DNA of 20,000 nt from NCBI GenBank assembly GCA_000934665.2, contig KZ538391.1, positions 55,731-75,730 on the forward strand. Reading direction: 5' to 3'. Both the position numbers and the translations under genes were made by a program. The stretch's first letter is position 1. Every line of letters starts with the position of its first letter. This stretch comes from Catajapyx aquilonaris (taxonomy: Eukaryota). Below, in pieces: positions 11,140 to 20,000 of this stretch. Below the pieces are notes generated by a model. It worked only from the letters and a program-made list of their open reading frames with translations, was not told the origin of the DNA and searched no databases.

Positions 11140-11260
11140 CGGATTGGGGCGGAACGAACCGTTGTGCCGACCTCTCAGCGACCAATCAGATGGCGGAACA
11201 GGACAGAGCTCCAAGATGGCGGCTCACACTTGGATTTGTAGACAATGCGCATGCGTTCAT
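11140..11260. promoter_or_regulatory. Housekeeping-type promoter upstream of ANAPC15
   Basis: GC box GGGGCGG (~11146), CCAAT boxes on both strands (11143, 11182), YY1-type AGATGGCGG (11188) and CAAGATGGCGGC (11212-11223), and NRF1/Ewg-type TGCGCATGCG (11246-11255). All lie 100-210 nt upstream of the ATG. Confidence 0.6.
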
Positions 11261-12522
11261 TCCAGTGCGGGAAATAAGCCAGCAGGACTGGAAATAACCG
11301 CACTGCTGATCACATGCCTAGTTTTTTGACTTTTTTCCCCCCCAACAACTATGAGTTATTAGATGTAGCCTGTGGAATTCAGTTTGCATTACGATTTACG
11401 ACCAAGTAATGCAGGAGACAAGTGGGTTGTAACACCCCGCATGATGCCACATGTGAAGGAGAGGTTTTCATTGCAGAAACATAGATATTACGCCAATCGT
11501 ATTTATTGCGCAATTTTTTTACATCACAGGACTGTCGAGCAATGCCGCTGATTCTGATTAACAAAAATCAAATATTTTCAAGTCAATTTATTGACAGTTG
11601 CTAATAACAGGTTACTGCAAGTGCCTTATTTACACGAGCAATTCCCAATTATTACAAAGCAGAAAATGTGACTGATAGGGTAAGCAAAGGAAGGCAGTGA
11701 AAGTCGAGCGCTCAACTTCCTCCCCCTTTCCTTCCAATCAGAAACATTTGTTCAATGGGCCCAACCCTTCCCTCCACAGTAGTTATCTTACACGAAGAGG
11801 CACTGCAGAATTGTAATTATTCTCGTAGATTATCCAACGTATGGTGGAAATGGCGTCGTCGTAGTAAGTCTAGCAGTCACTGCTGGAGAACCACACCATC
11901 TGAAAATGCAAAAGGTGTATAAGTGGCCTTGCATAAATTGCTAATTGCTCGTACTTACCTCTTATGAAGCAATGATCATGCTGCCTTTGTGCCCACGTGC
12001 TGCATTTGCGAGAAAAATTGCAGGCCATCTATATTAGGATCAAACGGGATACGGAGCTTTATTCAGTTGCTGCAGCACCTGATCATTACGGATGAATTCC
12101 ATCATTTAATTGCAATTTCTGAAAAGTTAATAAATATTAGTCAAGCTCTTGGTAGAAATCATACGAATACGAATACGAAATATACGTATATGGGCGAAAT
12201 ATTTACCGTGCTCTGCTGAGAGCATTCTCCTCTTGGAGGTCAGTTTTGACAGTTTATGGTCTCCCTAGTCAAGTCCGGCACATTTTTGGGTCTCATATCC
12301 GGCATAATTTCTGCACTGAAGACATTCTGCAAAAAAAATAAAAATTTTACACACAAGTCTGTAAAATGCGTTACAAATAAAAGGATACGTCACGTAGCCT
12401 ACGCTTAAGTCCAGCAGCAGCCATCATCCGGACCAGCTTCACCTGAAAAATTCAACTAGTAATATTAGCACATTTTCAAATGCTGATGTAATCAAAATAA
12501 ATTGCTGCAACTGTAGTTACAG

Positions 12523-12659
12523 GGCTTTTTTTGTCACATTTCCGTGTTGCAGTTTGGCTAATCGAGGCGAATATGACCTAACGCCTAACCTAACACGTAC
12601 GCGACAAATATTCGTCTCGTTCAACCATAACTGCAACCGCAATATGACAAAAAAAAGCC
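12523..12659. mobile_element. Palindromic MITE-like element with a central CCTAAC/(TTAGG)-like tract
   Basis: ggctttttttgtcacatttccgtgttgcagtttggctaatcgaggcgaatat resembles the reverse complement of the right arm (ggcttttttttgtcatattgcggttgcagttatggttgaacgagacgaatat). The centre reads cctaacgcctaacctaac. Confidence 0.7.
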
Positions 12660-13055
12660 ACTTTTGACCGTTCAATAATAATTGCAATAGAATATATTCA
12701 CTGCCACATCAGGCCGTGAATCCCATTTCCAATTAGACTGGCCCACAGTTACTAGCAATCTCACAAAAGGTCTCCTTGTACAGGATTTGGAACAATGGGA
12801 TGTCAGGCATCGCTTGGGACAACCAGTGCACTGGAAAGACAGGAACCAAATTAGAAAAATGCTTTTTTTTTGTCAAATGGACCCCCCACCCATCCAACCC
12901 CCCACCCCCTAATCGGCCTTACATGATATTACTTTCGGCATGTCTGATCCAACAATGCCATTCCCACCAACAATGGCCAGACTGCTCAAATCACGCGTCC
13001 CTCCCCCCTGAATTTATTAGAATTATACAAAATGTGCACGGTCATCATTTGCACG

Positions 13056-13213
13056 TTAAAGCCGCGTTTACACGCGAGCGATTTATCAGCGATGTTGCAG
13101 CGACGTGCATCGCTGAGCGATGAGACCATAAATTGTTAATGATATTGTTACCACATACCACCACTGTTACTTTCGCTCAGCGCTGCAACATCGCACCACT
13201 CGAAATGGTCTTA
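13056..13213. mobile_element. PIF/Harbinger-like MITE, copy 3 (right TIR degraded)
   Basis: ttaaAGCCGCGTTTACACGCGAGCGATTTATCAGCGATGTTGCAGCG...GCGATGAGACC...ATATTGTTACCAC...GCTGCAACATCGC shares blocks with the copies at 5992 and 10131. Confidence 0.7.
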
Positions 13214-13444
13214 GCAAGGCAACAATGCGCATACGTCCATGGCGATATCTCTGCCCATTGCACACACTGCTCGGAAGCAGAGGAATGTCACACCCCTTCC
13301 ATTGTGTGCAACACATAACATATTAGTCAATTGGGTCATTTTCTGGTGTATACAGCAGTCACAGTCAGACCGATACATTCTCTGGCTCTGGCTCACTGAT
13401 CTATATATTTTTGCAAAGATTCGTTGCAGCTCATACACATTACG

Positions 13445-14066
13445 ATGGGAAAATTTTTGCTGATTTTGCTGATATTCTCATCTGCTGCCATCTCAGGTAG
13501 GTTCCAATACACTTCTATAAAAAAAACCACGCACCTAAGAAAAAGAATGATCCAAAGACCCGAATTAATTTGAATACAATTTATGCTGAGAGTAGGCTAC
13601 GTTTATTATTATTAGTGCATGTGATGTTTCTTTTGGGCCTTGTCGTTTTCTTCTCTATTTGCAACATATGTGCTCACTTCTGGTAGGCCTTGCGAAAAAT
13701 GATGAGCCAAAAGATCCTGAACAGTGTCTGCGAGACTTTTGGGATGTTCAGTTGAAAATGGGCTACTCTAACGACGATCATGAACCCCTGTGCAAGTAGG
13801 TTGTATATAAAATGTACAGGTTGTCCATCACGCTTCCAACATCTGATAACTATGTTTTTTTCACAACCCGTCTCAGGCTCATAGACACTTACACACGTTG
13901 CATCAATGGTGTCCAAGGGCACCAGGACGTCGTCAACCACGTCAACGAACTGCGCAAGAAAATGGCGAAGGTTACAAGACTCCTTGGCGCAATGTTATCG
14001 CCGTAATTAACAATCCTATAATTTCTGTTGCTCCCATAGAACTTCAACTGCGACGAGGGTATATGA
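13445..14066 (+). CDS. Small secreted 4-cysteine protein of unknown family, 93 aa. Exons 13445-13496, 13687-13795, 13877-13970, 14040-14066.
   Basis: Spliced translation MGKFLLILLIFSSAAISGLAKNDEPKDPEQCLRDFWDVQLKMGYSNDDHEPLCKLIDTYTRCINGVQGHQDVVNHVNELRKKMAKNFNCDEGI*. The signal peptide sits on its own phase-1 exon, three GT-AG introns have consistent phases, the Cys count is even, and a TATA-like tatata lies at ~13402. The last donor (AAG|gttaca) is weak. Confidence 0.78.
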
Positions 14067-14262
14067 TGACGACGGCAACGCAACTGCGATAGTCCAACAA
14101 CCAGTATGAAAAGGAGCAAACCATTGGAAGCAACAATATTAGCCACGTTGTAATATTATTGTTATCTTGTATAGTTGACCCGACCCATTCAGAGTGAAGG
14201 AAAGGATTGAGTCGGATTGTTCTGGCAAGTAACTTATAGGTTTAATAGTCTTGCAACACGTC

Positions 14263-14297
14263 AGCCTGTGAATTAAAAGGTAGGATCAAGGTCATTA
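14263..14297. repeat. Direct repeat copy A (33/35 identical to 18342-18376; weaker similarity continues ~60-80 bp)
   Basis: agcctgtgaattaaaaggtaggatcaaggtcatta vs agcctgtgaattaaaaggtagaataaaggtcatta. Confidence 0.85.
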
Positions 14298-15429
14298 GAA
14301 ATGATGTAAGTCAATAACCAATAATCATACGGAATAATATTTATTAAAAGCTACACTCTGCTCTGGGGTCCACACTTGTTTGGAAGGAATGTTCAGGTGA
14401 GGTATTCAACCTAACACGTCAAAGTTCTTGTCAAAGTTTTTGCATACACAATATTAGAAGAATAATTACAAATTAAAATATTAGAAACATACCTAACTTT
14501 GTGGTACTGGGGAACTATACTGACCTATACGAGGTAAGCATTATGCAGATATAGGGTATGAAATTATTTATTATACTGCATGCTGTAAGTGATTGATTGT
14601 TAGCAATAGGATTGAAGTAGTCCTAGCTAGTCATTGGCCACAAAAATTCTTGAATATACCTATTGGACGTATTTGTATAACATCTAGTTAATTACACCAA
14701 GATAATATTATTGTAAAGGATGAGCAGCAGCAAGTCATATTTTGTGGCTCCAGAATATTCAATGAGAATGGGCATTTATTGTTCTGGTGTTCAGTGTTTT
14801 ATTGTTATAGCGAGCTCGAGTGGCAAGAAATTCCTCTCCCATTGTATTAGTCGTTTTTATGACGAGAATTACCTATGGACATCCCCCCCCCCCCTTTTTT
14901 TCACTACAGTACTACATATGTGTGGAACTGCACATTAGGCTGGTTGACCTACCTAATGAGGGATAAAATAATTCCCCGTGCATTGTTTTGAGCGTGGCAC
15001 TGGGGATGTCTATCAGCTACATACAATAAAAAGGTTGTGTTAATCAAATAGTGTTACACCGTTTACCTTATTAGACGCGGATCTAGCCATTAAAATTAAT
15101 TACCGATAATTTTTTGTAAGTAAATATTTACCACGGAAATTAAGATATAATTTTTTCTTCCAATAATGCATAATATTGCGCACTTGAAGAACTTTACAAG
15201 CAGTTATCATACCGGCGGTGAATCGGTGACGGATAAAATCCTTCCTTGTTCGTTTATTTTTGTACCAAAACCATTCAACCATGTTCATAAAATTTAATGC
15301 ATCAGTGCCACGTAACTATAGGTGGTGAAACGACGTTGTACAGAGCGCATTATAATAATATTCTTCAACCAATCTCAAAATGTTACAATATCCATGCACC
15401 CTCACACATTTGCGAGATGACTGCTCTTA

Positions 15430-18097
15430 CTAGTGTAATGGTTTGATCTTCATCTCTGATTTTTTAAGGGCACCAAATTTAGCCTTCCATGTCCACCAGA
15501 CGAACTCCCTGCCCTCGTTCCCTCCCTCCTTGAGGTAAGGTCCATTCAGGCTGTAGTAGTAACCGTACCACCAACTGCCGAACTCATCTGCCAGGTTCCT
15601 GTCACCACTGCGGTCGTTGTCCCTGTCAAATGTGCTGAAACGACGTCCACTACCTTGGGTAAGCGAGTCCCCCGCTCCTCCTCGTCCAGTGTATCCTCCG
15701 ACAGAGAGACGGTACAGGGCACCCTCGTCCGAGACCACGAAGGTCTCGTACTCAGCATAGGCCACCTCACCCTTCCAGTCCTCCAAGTCAATCCTCAATC
15801 GGACAGGGGTCGAAGGTTGGCTGGTCAGGGAGTGGATGTTGTCCAAGCCTGTGCAGGGGTGATTGTAGAATATAGAGGTAAGAGTAATGCAAACGTTGGA
15901 GAGATAATTATTTAAAATTCACCATTAATAAACCACCATTTCAAAGGAGTGTGCGTCTGATGGGATGGGTTACTCTTATGTATCTGCCTAATTTGGATCT
16001 ATCTACACTTAAGTTATTGCTCCAGTAGTTATACTGTACTGTATTTACACTCAAACAAATCCAACCAACTGGTAGCGTTAATATTATTAAATGAATGTTT
16101 TAGATGTTTTAAATGGTGTATGTTGTAATTATCATTCTGTATGATCATTATTTGTGTTGGGAATCGTCAGATTTGCACATAAAGCCTTACAATTTTTCCA
16201 GTTGCAATCGCTATAGACTACAGGACATTCTGAAAGTGCAGTTTTTATAATAATTAAAGGCAACGGCCAAATTTTCACCGAGTCTAATAATTGTCTCCTA
16301 AAACTAGCAATTGAGGTAATGGAAATATGCACGACAACTGGTGTCCGAATTGCGATGAGACATTTGAACTATAGAAGTGTGTTTCAATGATTGAATACTG
16401 CCCCTTTTAAATTAATGAGCTGTGTGCAACTCGCTTTATTAATGACTAAAGAAACATCTGTCGGCAGACGTCATGCACATTCCACCGCCTTTTCAATAAT
16501 TGCTACTGCAAAGACCAGCAAAGGATTATTTGCTAAAGTGACTAACCGAGCCAGAATTCTCCCTCCAGGTCACCAAATCCCTTCTTGTAATCGCTCCAAC
16601 CCCTCTTGAAATCCACATGAGGAGTAATGTCCGCCCTTCTCTGCAGAACTGTCCATCCTCCCTCGTCTGTCTTCATGTCGCAGTACACCTGGAGGTAACC
16701 CGCAGTAAGGATAGCATGCAATGAACCTCAATATTGTTTGTGATGTGACCAAACACCGAACCTTTATTTCCTTTTCATCGGGGAGGGAAATGACGTAGAC
16801 TCCAGATGTGATGTTTCCTAGATCTTTGATTTCTGCGCAGTTGGACGGAACAGGATCTGGGAAAATAATATAAGCTTTAAACTCCATTAATGAAACAAAC
16901 GGGGCGGGGGTATAAAAATTTTCTAACTATTCAAGGCTATTTTATAGCAGAAAAGTCAACGCAAAAATAGTATTGTGTGACTTGCACTGTTGGAGAACAT
17001 GAAATAGCTTTTCCCGCCAAGATATTTGTTTGCAATAAATCGTCTCCCAAAGAAAGTTTTCAATCCCACGATTCTTTTTGTCAGATGCATTTCCCATTTG
17101 CAAAAGCAGAGTGGTCAGAAAACTTGCACGATGGACTTCCATATAGTCTCGAATGAATTTTATGGACGTCTATCTTGCCAATAAAATAGCGCGACCTCCA
17201 CCTCTGACCCCGCCGTCGTTGGCAAACTCGTTTTACAGTTTTATTAGCTTCTCATGTGCAAGATATACGGTGGCGCTGACCTGAGGGAAGTTTCCTCTGC
17301 ATTTCGTAGTAATAATTTTATCTGCTCAGAAAGCTCTTTTAGACTTCGGACCGGTAATCTTATGCAAATAATATATTGTACTCACTCGTGACAACATATG
17401 AGAGGAAAATTCTCCTTTTCACTTAGGAGGAAAATGGCTTTTATGGACACAAATAGAGTCACATTTGCCAGAGCTGACCCTACTTTATATACTGTCACCC
17501 CATATAGGCGTAAAGGTATGGTGACTTATTGTATCACAGAATGAAATATATTGTGATATGGAAACTGTCCACTTCACCTTCAACTACGACTGGATCGGTA
17601 GTCTTCGTCAAATCAGTATTTTTTCCGCATTGGGTTTCCTGAAAAGATGATGTTATTTTTAGTGGGAATATGTCAAGGTTTGTCATCTTTGAAAAACATG
17701 CGATGCGGCTATGTATACTTACTCTGATGTCAGTTTTTAAGGAGTCGATGTCGTGAGTGACCGTTTCCTTCAAGTCGGCCAGCCTCTTCGTCACCTCCTC
17801 ATTATTGCGCTTGATCATGTACGCTGCAATCAGTATATGCAAATTGCATGCAGATGAGGTATCAAGTCAATTGATCGCATAAAACTCACAAAGGTGTATG
17901 TTCTGATCGTGCACCGCCTTGATGACTATAGGCTGCAGTGACTTGACCACCTTCTCAACCACCAGGGAAATGTCCTCTTCAGACAGTTTTTGGCAGCTGA
18001 ATCCCCCTTCCTCATCTGGATCCGAGAGTGCGCTCCCTCCGAAGAAGATGATGGGCATCAGGACCCACCACAGAAGATCGGGCGTGCAAAACTTCAT
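15430..18097 (-). CDS. Secreted fibrinogen-related protein (FReD; techylectin/ficolin/FIBCD-like), 341 aa. Exons 18097-17890, 17823-17723, 17638-17578, 16856-16762, 16688-16547, 15848-15430.
   Basis: Signal peptide [25 protein letters not shown], then a helical/coiled-coil-like stalk, then FReD motifs [97 protein letters not shown] and SEMKIKP. Phases are consistent (1026 nt total). Confidence 0.93.
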
Positions 18098-18341
18098 CTC
18101 TAGTGATCGTGTGAAAATCCGGACCTTCCACTGATGAGGATAGGCGACAAGTGCTTATCAGTATATAGCCTTTTTTCCTTGCATTCGAAGGCAAAATAAT
18201 TATAGACTGCGACGATGAGGCAACGGACCAGTTGGAGATGAGGGTTCAAGGCTATAAAATAATAATCAGAGCAGCCGACCCCAATGTGCCTGTCACCATC
18301 TATATACACAGGGTGTGTCACCTGTCCAAGTAAGGAAAAGT

Positions 18342-18376
18342 AGCCTGTGAATTAAAAGGTAGAATAAAGGTCATTA
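18342..18376. repeat. Direct repeat copy B, ~250 nt upstream of the FReD ATG; reads as a 3' splice site (ccttttaattcacag|) on the minus strand
   Basis: 33/35 identity with 14263-14297. Confidence 0.8.
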
Positions 18377-18932
18377 CGATGTCTCAGAGTTATGTTCAGC
18401 AATAACCAAGATTTGGTAATCACACTGAATGTAATTACTGAAGAGTGGAAATTCCACCATGAGCACATAATATCATAGCCGTAGTAATCGCGGTTGGATA
18501 CCTTCAGTACCGCGAAGAATATTTTGACACTTTCGACAAACCCAGGGAGTATAATAATAAATTCAAGCAAAATGAAGCAAAACACACGGTATCGCTCTCC
18601 AAAATATCGACGTCAATTATTTAAAAAAAATTAGTAATGAGTTTCATGTTCGCAATAATATTTTTCACTAATATTTCTTATTGATATCCTTTCCAAGATA
18701 TTCTTTCATTGTTTTGCGCATGGTGGGGATGTCTGTTACTCTGTGATGCTTGTTCAATGAATTATTACAGGGATTACACAAATCGCACGAAATTAGCCAA
18801 TACATACTGCCCGTAGGTTTTTTGTACTGTAGTAAAGACGTATTTATCTCGGGTATTAAGATATTGTGACAGGATGGACACAAAGACAATATGGATCTGG
18901 TGAAACAGCAGTTTATTCTGTACGATTCAATA

Positions 18933-19248
18933 TGTAACCGGTACTCAGGATATCAAGGTAGTGAGGGTAAGAAGGGAAAAAGGTAGGGTGGCTAGCTTCA
19001 GAGAAGACTAGCCGAGACCAATCCAGGATATGCTCCTAGGATCAGGTCGTGACCAATAGCTAGGATATTCTCCCGACCAACTGGCCTCGAGCTGAAGGCG
19101 GCTCCGGTTTATAAAGGGTCAGGCGCGCAAAGCGAGATGGGAATGGAGACTTCGCTTAGTCACGTGACAACGAGATAAGGGTGGCGGCAGAACAACACAA
19201 GATAGTGGTGGCGGTGCGGTGATATGGGCCAGATAAAATACTGTCACA
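18933..19248 (-). mobile_element. Probable 3' LTR (~316 bp) of an LTR retrotransposon, likely Ty3/Gypsy type
   Basis: On the minus strand it starts TGTGAC and ends GTTACA (TG...CA, short inverted termini). It is directly preceded by the purine tract CAGAGGGAGG (19260-19251), has an internal TATAAA (19113-19108), and base composition shifts abruptly to AT-rich below 18933. Confidence 0.65.
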
Positions 19249-19442
19249 CACCTCCCTCTGAAGATCCTGCGTACATGGGAAGCAGGGAGTGCGCACAAAA
19301 TGAATACATTAGCACCAGAAAAAAAGAAAGGGGCTATATACACAAGGGGGGTTCGTTTGGCCTAACGAGATACCTTATAATACAATGCTCTTAAACTAAC
19401 ATATTAGGCACTAGGGTATTCACTACAAATAACTTTCGTCAA

Positions 19443-20000
19443 TCAATTCACATCATAAGGAATGTCCAAAAGGCTGAGATCAAGGTCGGATTCCGTGTCA
19501 TGGTCGTGAAGTAGGCTGGCAGTTCCTTGGTCTGTAGGTCCCGTATCGTCTTCTGAGGTGACAGGATACTTGGGCTCAGGTTTCGTTCTCTTCGTCAGCG
19601 GAGGTCGTCCTTGTAGGCTGGCTGCGATGGTGGTGCGTGGCAACCGTTGCATGAAGCGTGACGACACTGGATAGGGTTCGGATCCTCTGAAGTAGTAGCC
19701 TTTTCTGCGAGTGGACGGCGGCTGGGGTGCAGCTGCTGTCGACGTGCTCGGAGCTCCGGCGGGTAGTGCTGTTGCTGCTGGAGGATGCGGGACTGCTGAC
19801 GTACCTGGTTGACTGATGAATGGAACTGGTTTGGTTGTAGGACGCTGATATGAGGCGCCTGGACGGGCTGGTTTTCCCAGAGGGGCCGGTCTGAGTTTTG
19901 GCAGGACTGGTGGGTCAACCAGTGGTGGCTCAGGTGCAGACTCGTCCGTAGGTGGTTCTTCAGGCGTAGCTGTTGGATCGTCTGCTGTTTCTTCGTCCGT
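19443..20000 (-). CDS. 3' end of an ORF that runs off the window (186 codons open); Pro/Thr/Ala-rich low-complexity tail, probably the C-terminus of the retrotransposon's last ORF (post-integrase region)
   Basis: Uninterrupted frame TDEETADDPTATPEEPPTDESAPEPPLVDPP...STRRKGYYFRGSEPYPVSSRF...DIPYDVN* ends ~180 nt before the PPT/LTR. No catalytic domain is visible in the window. Confidence 0.55.
   Translation of the reverse strand, partial: TDEETADDPTATPEEPPTDESAPEPPLVDPPVLPKLRPAPLGKPARPGASYQRPTTKPVPFISQPGTSAVPHPPAATALPAGAPSTSTAAAPQPPSTRRKGYYFRGSEPYPVSSRFMQRLPRTTIAASLQGRPPLTKRTKPEPKYPVTSEDDTGPTDQGTASLLHDHDTESDLDLSLLDIPYDVN

Larger units (their letters stand above)
11800..13400 (-). pseudogene. 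Multi-exon unit with intact splice signals but a disrupted Cys-rich frame (pseudogene or lncRNA). Putative exons: ?-13235, 13007-12923, 12830-12702, 12442-12403, 12326-12207, 12078-11959, 11899-?
   Basis: A series of pyrimidine-tract CAG acceptors and GTAAGT/GTAAGG/GTAAAT/GTATGC donors bound introns of 59-260 nt. No frame stays open across all exons. Cys-rich fragments include CCTQWKGCDIP..VCNG, YKETFCEIASNC, DDGCCW, ECLQCRNY and GECSQQRARCCSN. Confidence 0.45.

Noticed and set aside
11217..11329. Divergent plus-strand gene starting at CAAGATGGCGGC (MAAHTWICRQC...)
   Set aside because: The ORF is only 37 aa with no convincing downstream exons. The ATG is part of the YY1-type promoter motif.
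11800..13400. Selenoprotein/readthrough explanation for the stops in the ghost gene
   Set aside because: The interruptions include TAA/TAG and frame shifts, not only in-frame TGA, and no SECIS was recognised.
13624..13686. Hydrophobic mini-ORF MFLLGLVVFFSICNICAHFW* as a frameshifted signal peptide
   Set aside because: It is better explained as the U-rich end of intron 1. A proper in-phase signal-peptide exon exists at 13445-13496.

Overview
Eukaryotic, intron-containing DNA, most likely from an arthropod/crustacean-type invertebrate (inferred from many 55-80 nt GT-AG introns and the gene content). It is not prokaryotic, so the raw ORF track is mostly exon fragments. Four intact spliced genes could be assembled by hand with consistent phases: (1) C2CD5/CDP138 (minus, 9665->969); (2) ANAPC15/APC15 (minus, 11046->9940), whose stop lies only 274 nt upstream of the C2CD5 ATG; (3) an unrecognised 93-aa secreted 4-Cys protein (plus, 13445->14066) that the ORF track misses; (4) a secreted fibrinogen-related protein (FReD; minus, 18097->15430) lacking the conserved C-terminal disulfide. 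Between (2) and (3) is a multi-exon minus-strand unit with good splice sites but a broken, Cys-rich reading frame. Introns carry several MITE-like inverted-repeat elements (one nested pair and three copies of a Harbinger-like family). The right end holds the 3' end of a probable LTR retrotransposon (ORF tail, PPT, ~316-bp LTR) pointing toward the FReD gene. The best leads are the tight APC15-C2CD5 tandem (possible dicistronic or shared-promoter unit), an optional ~245-aa internally duplicated insert in C2CD5, the orphan secreted peptide and the atypical FReD.
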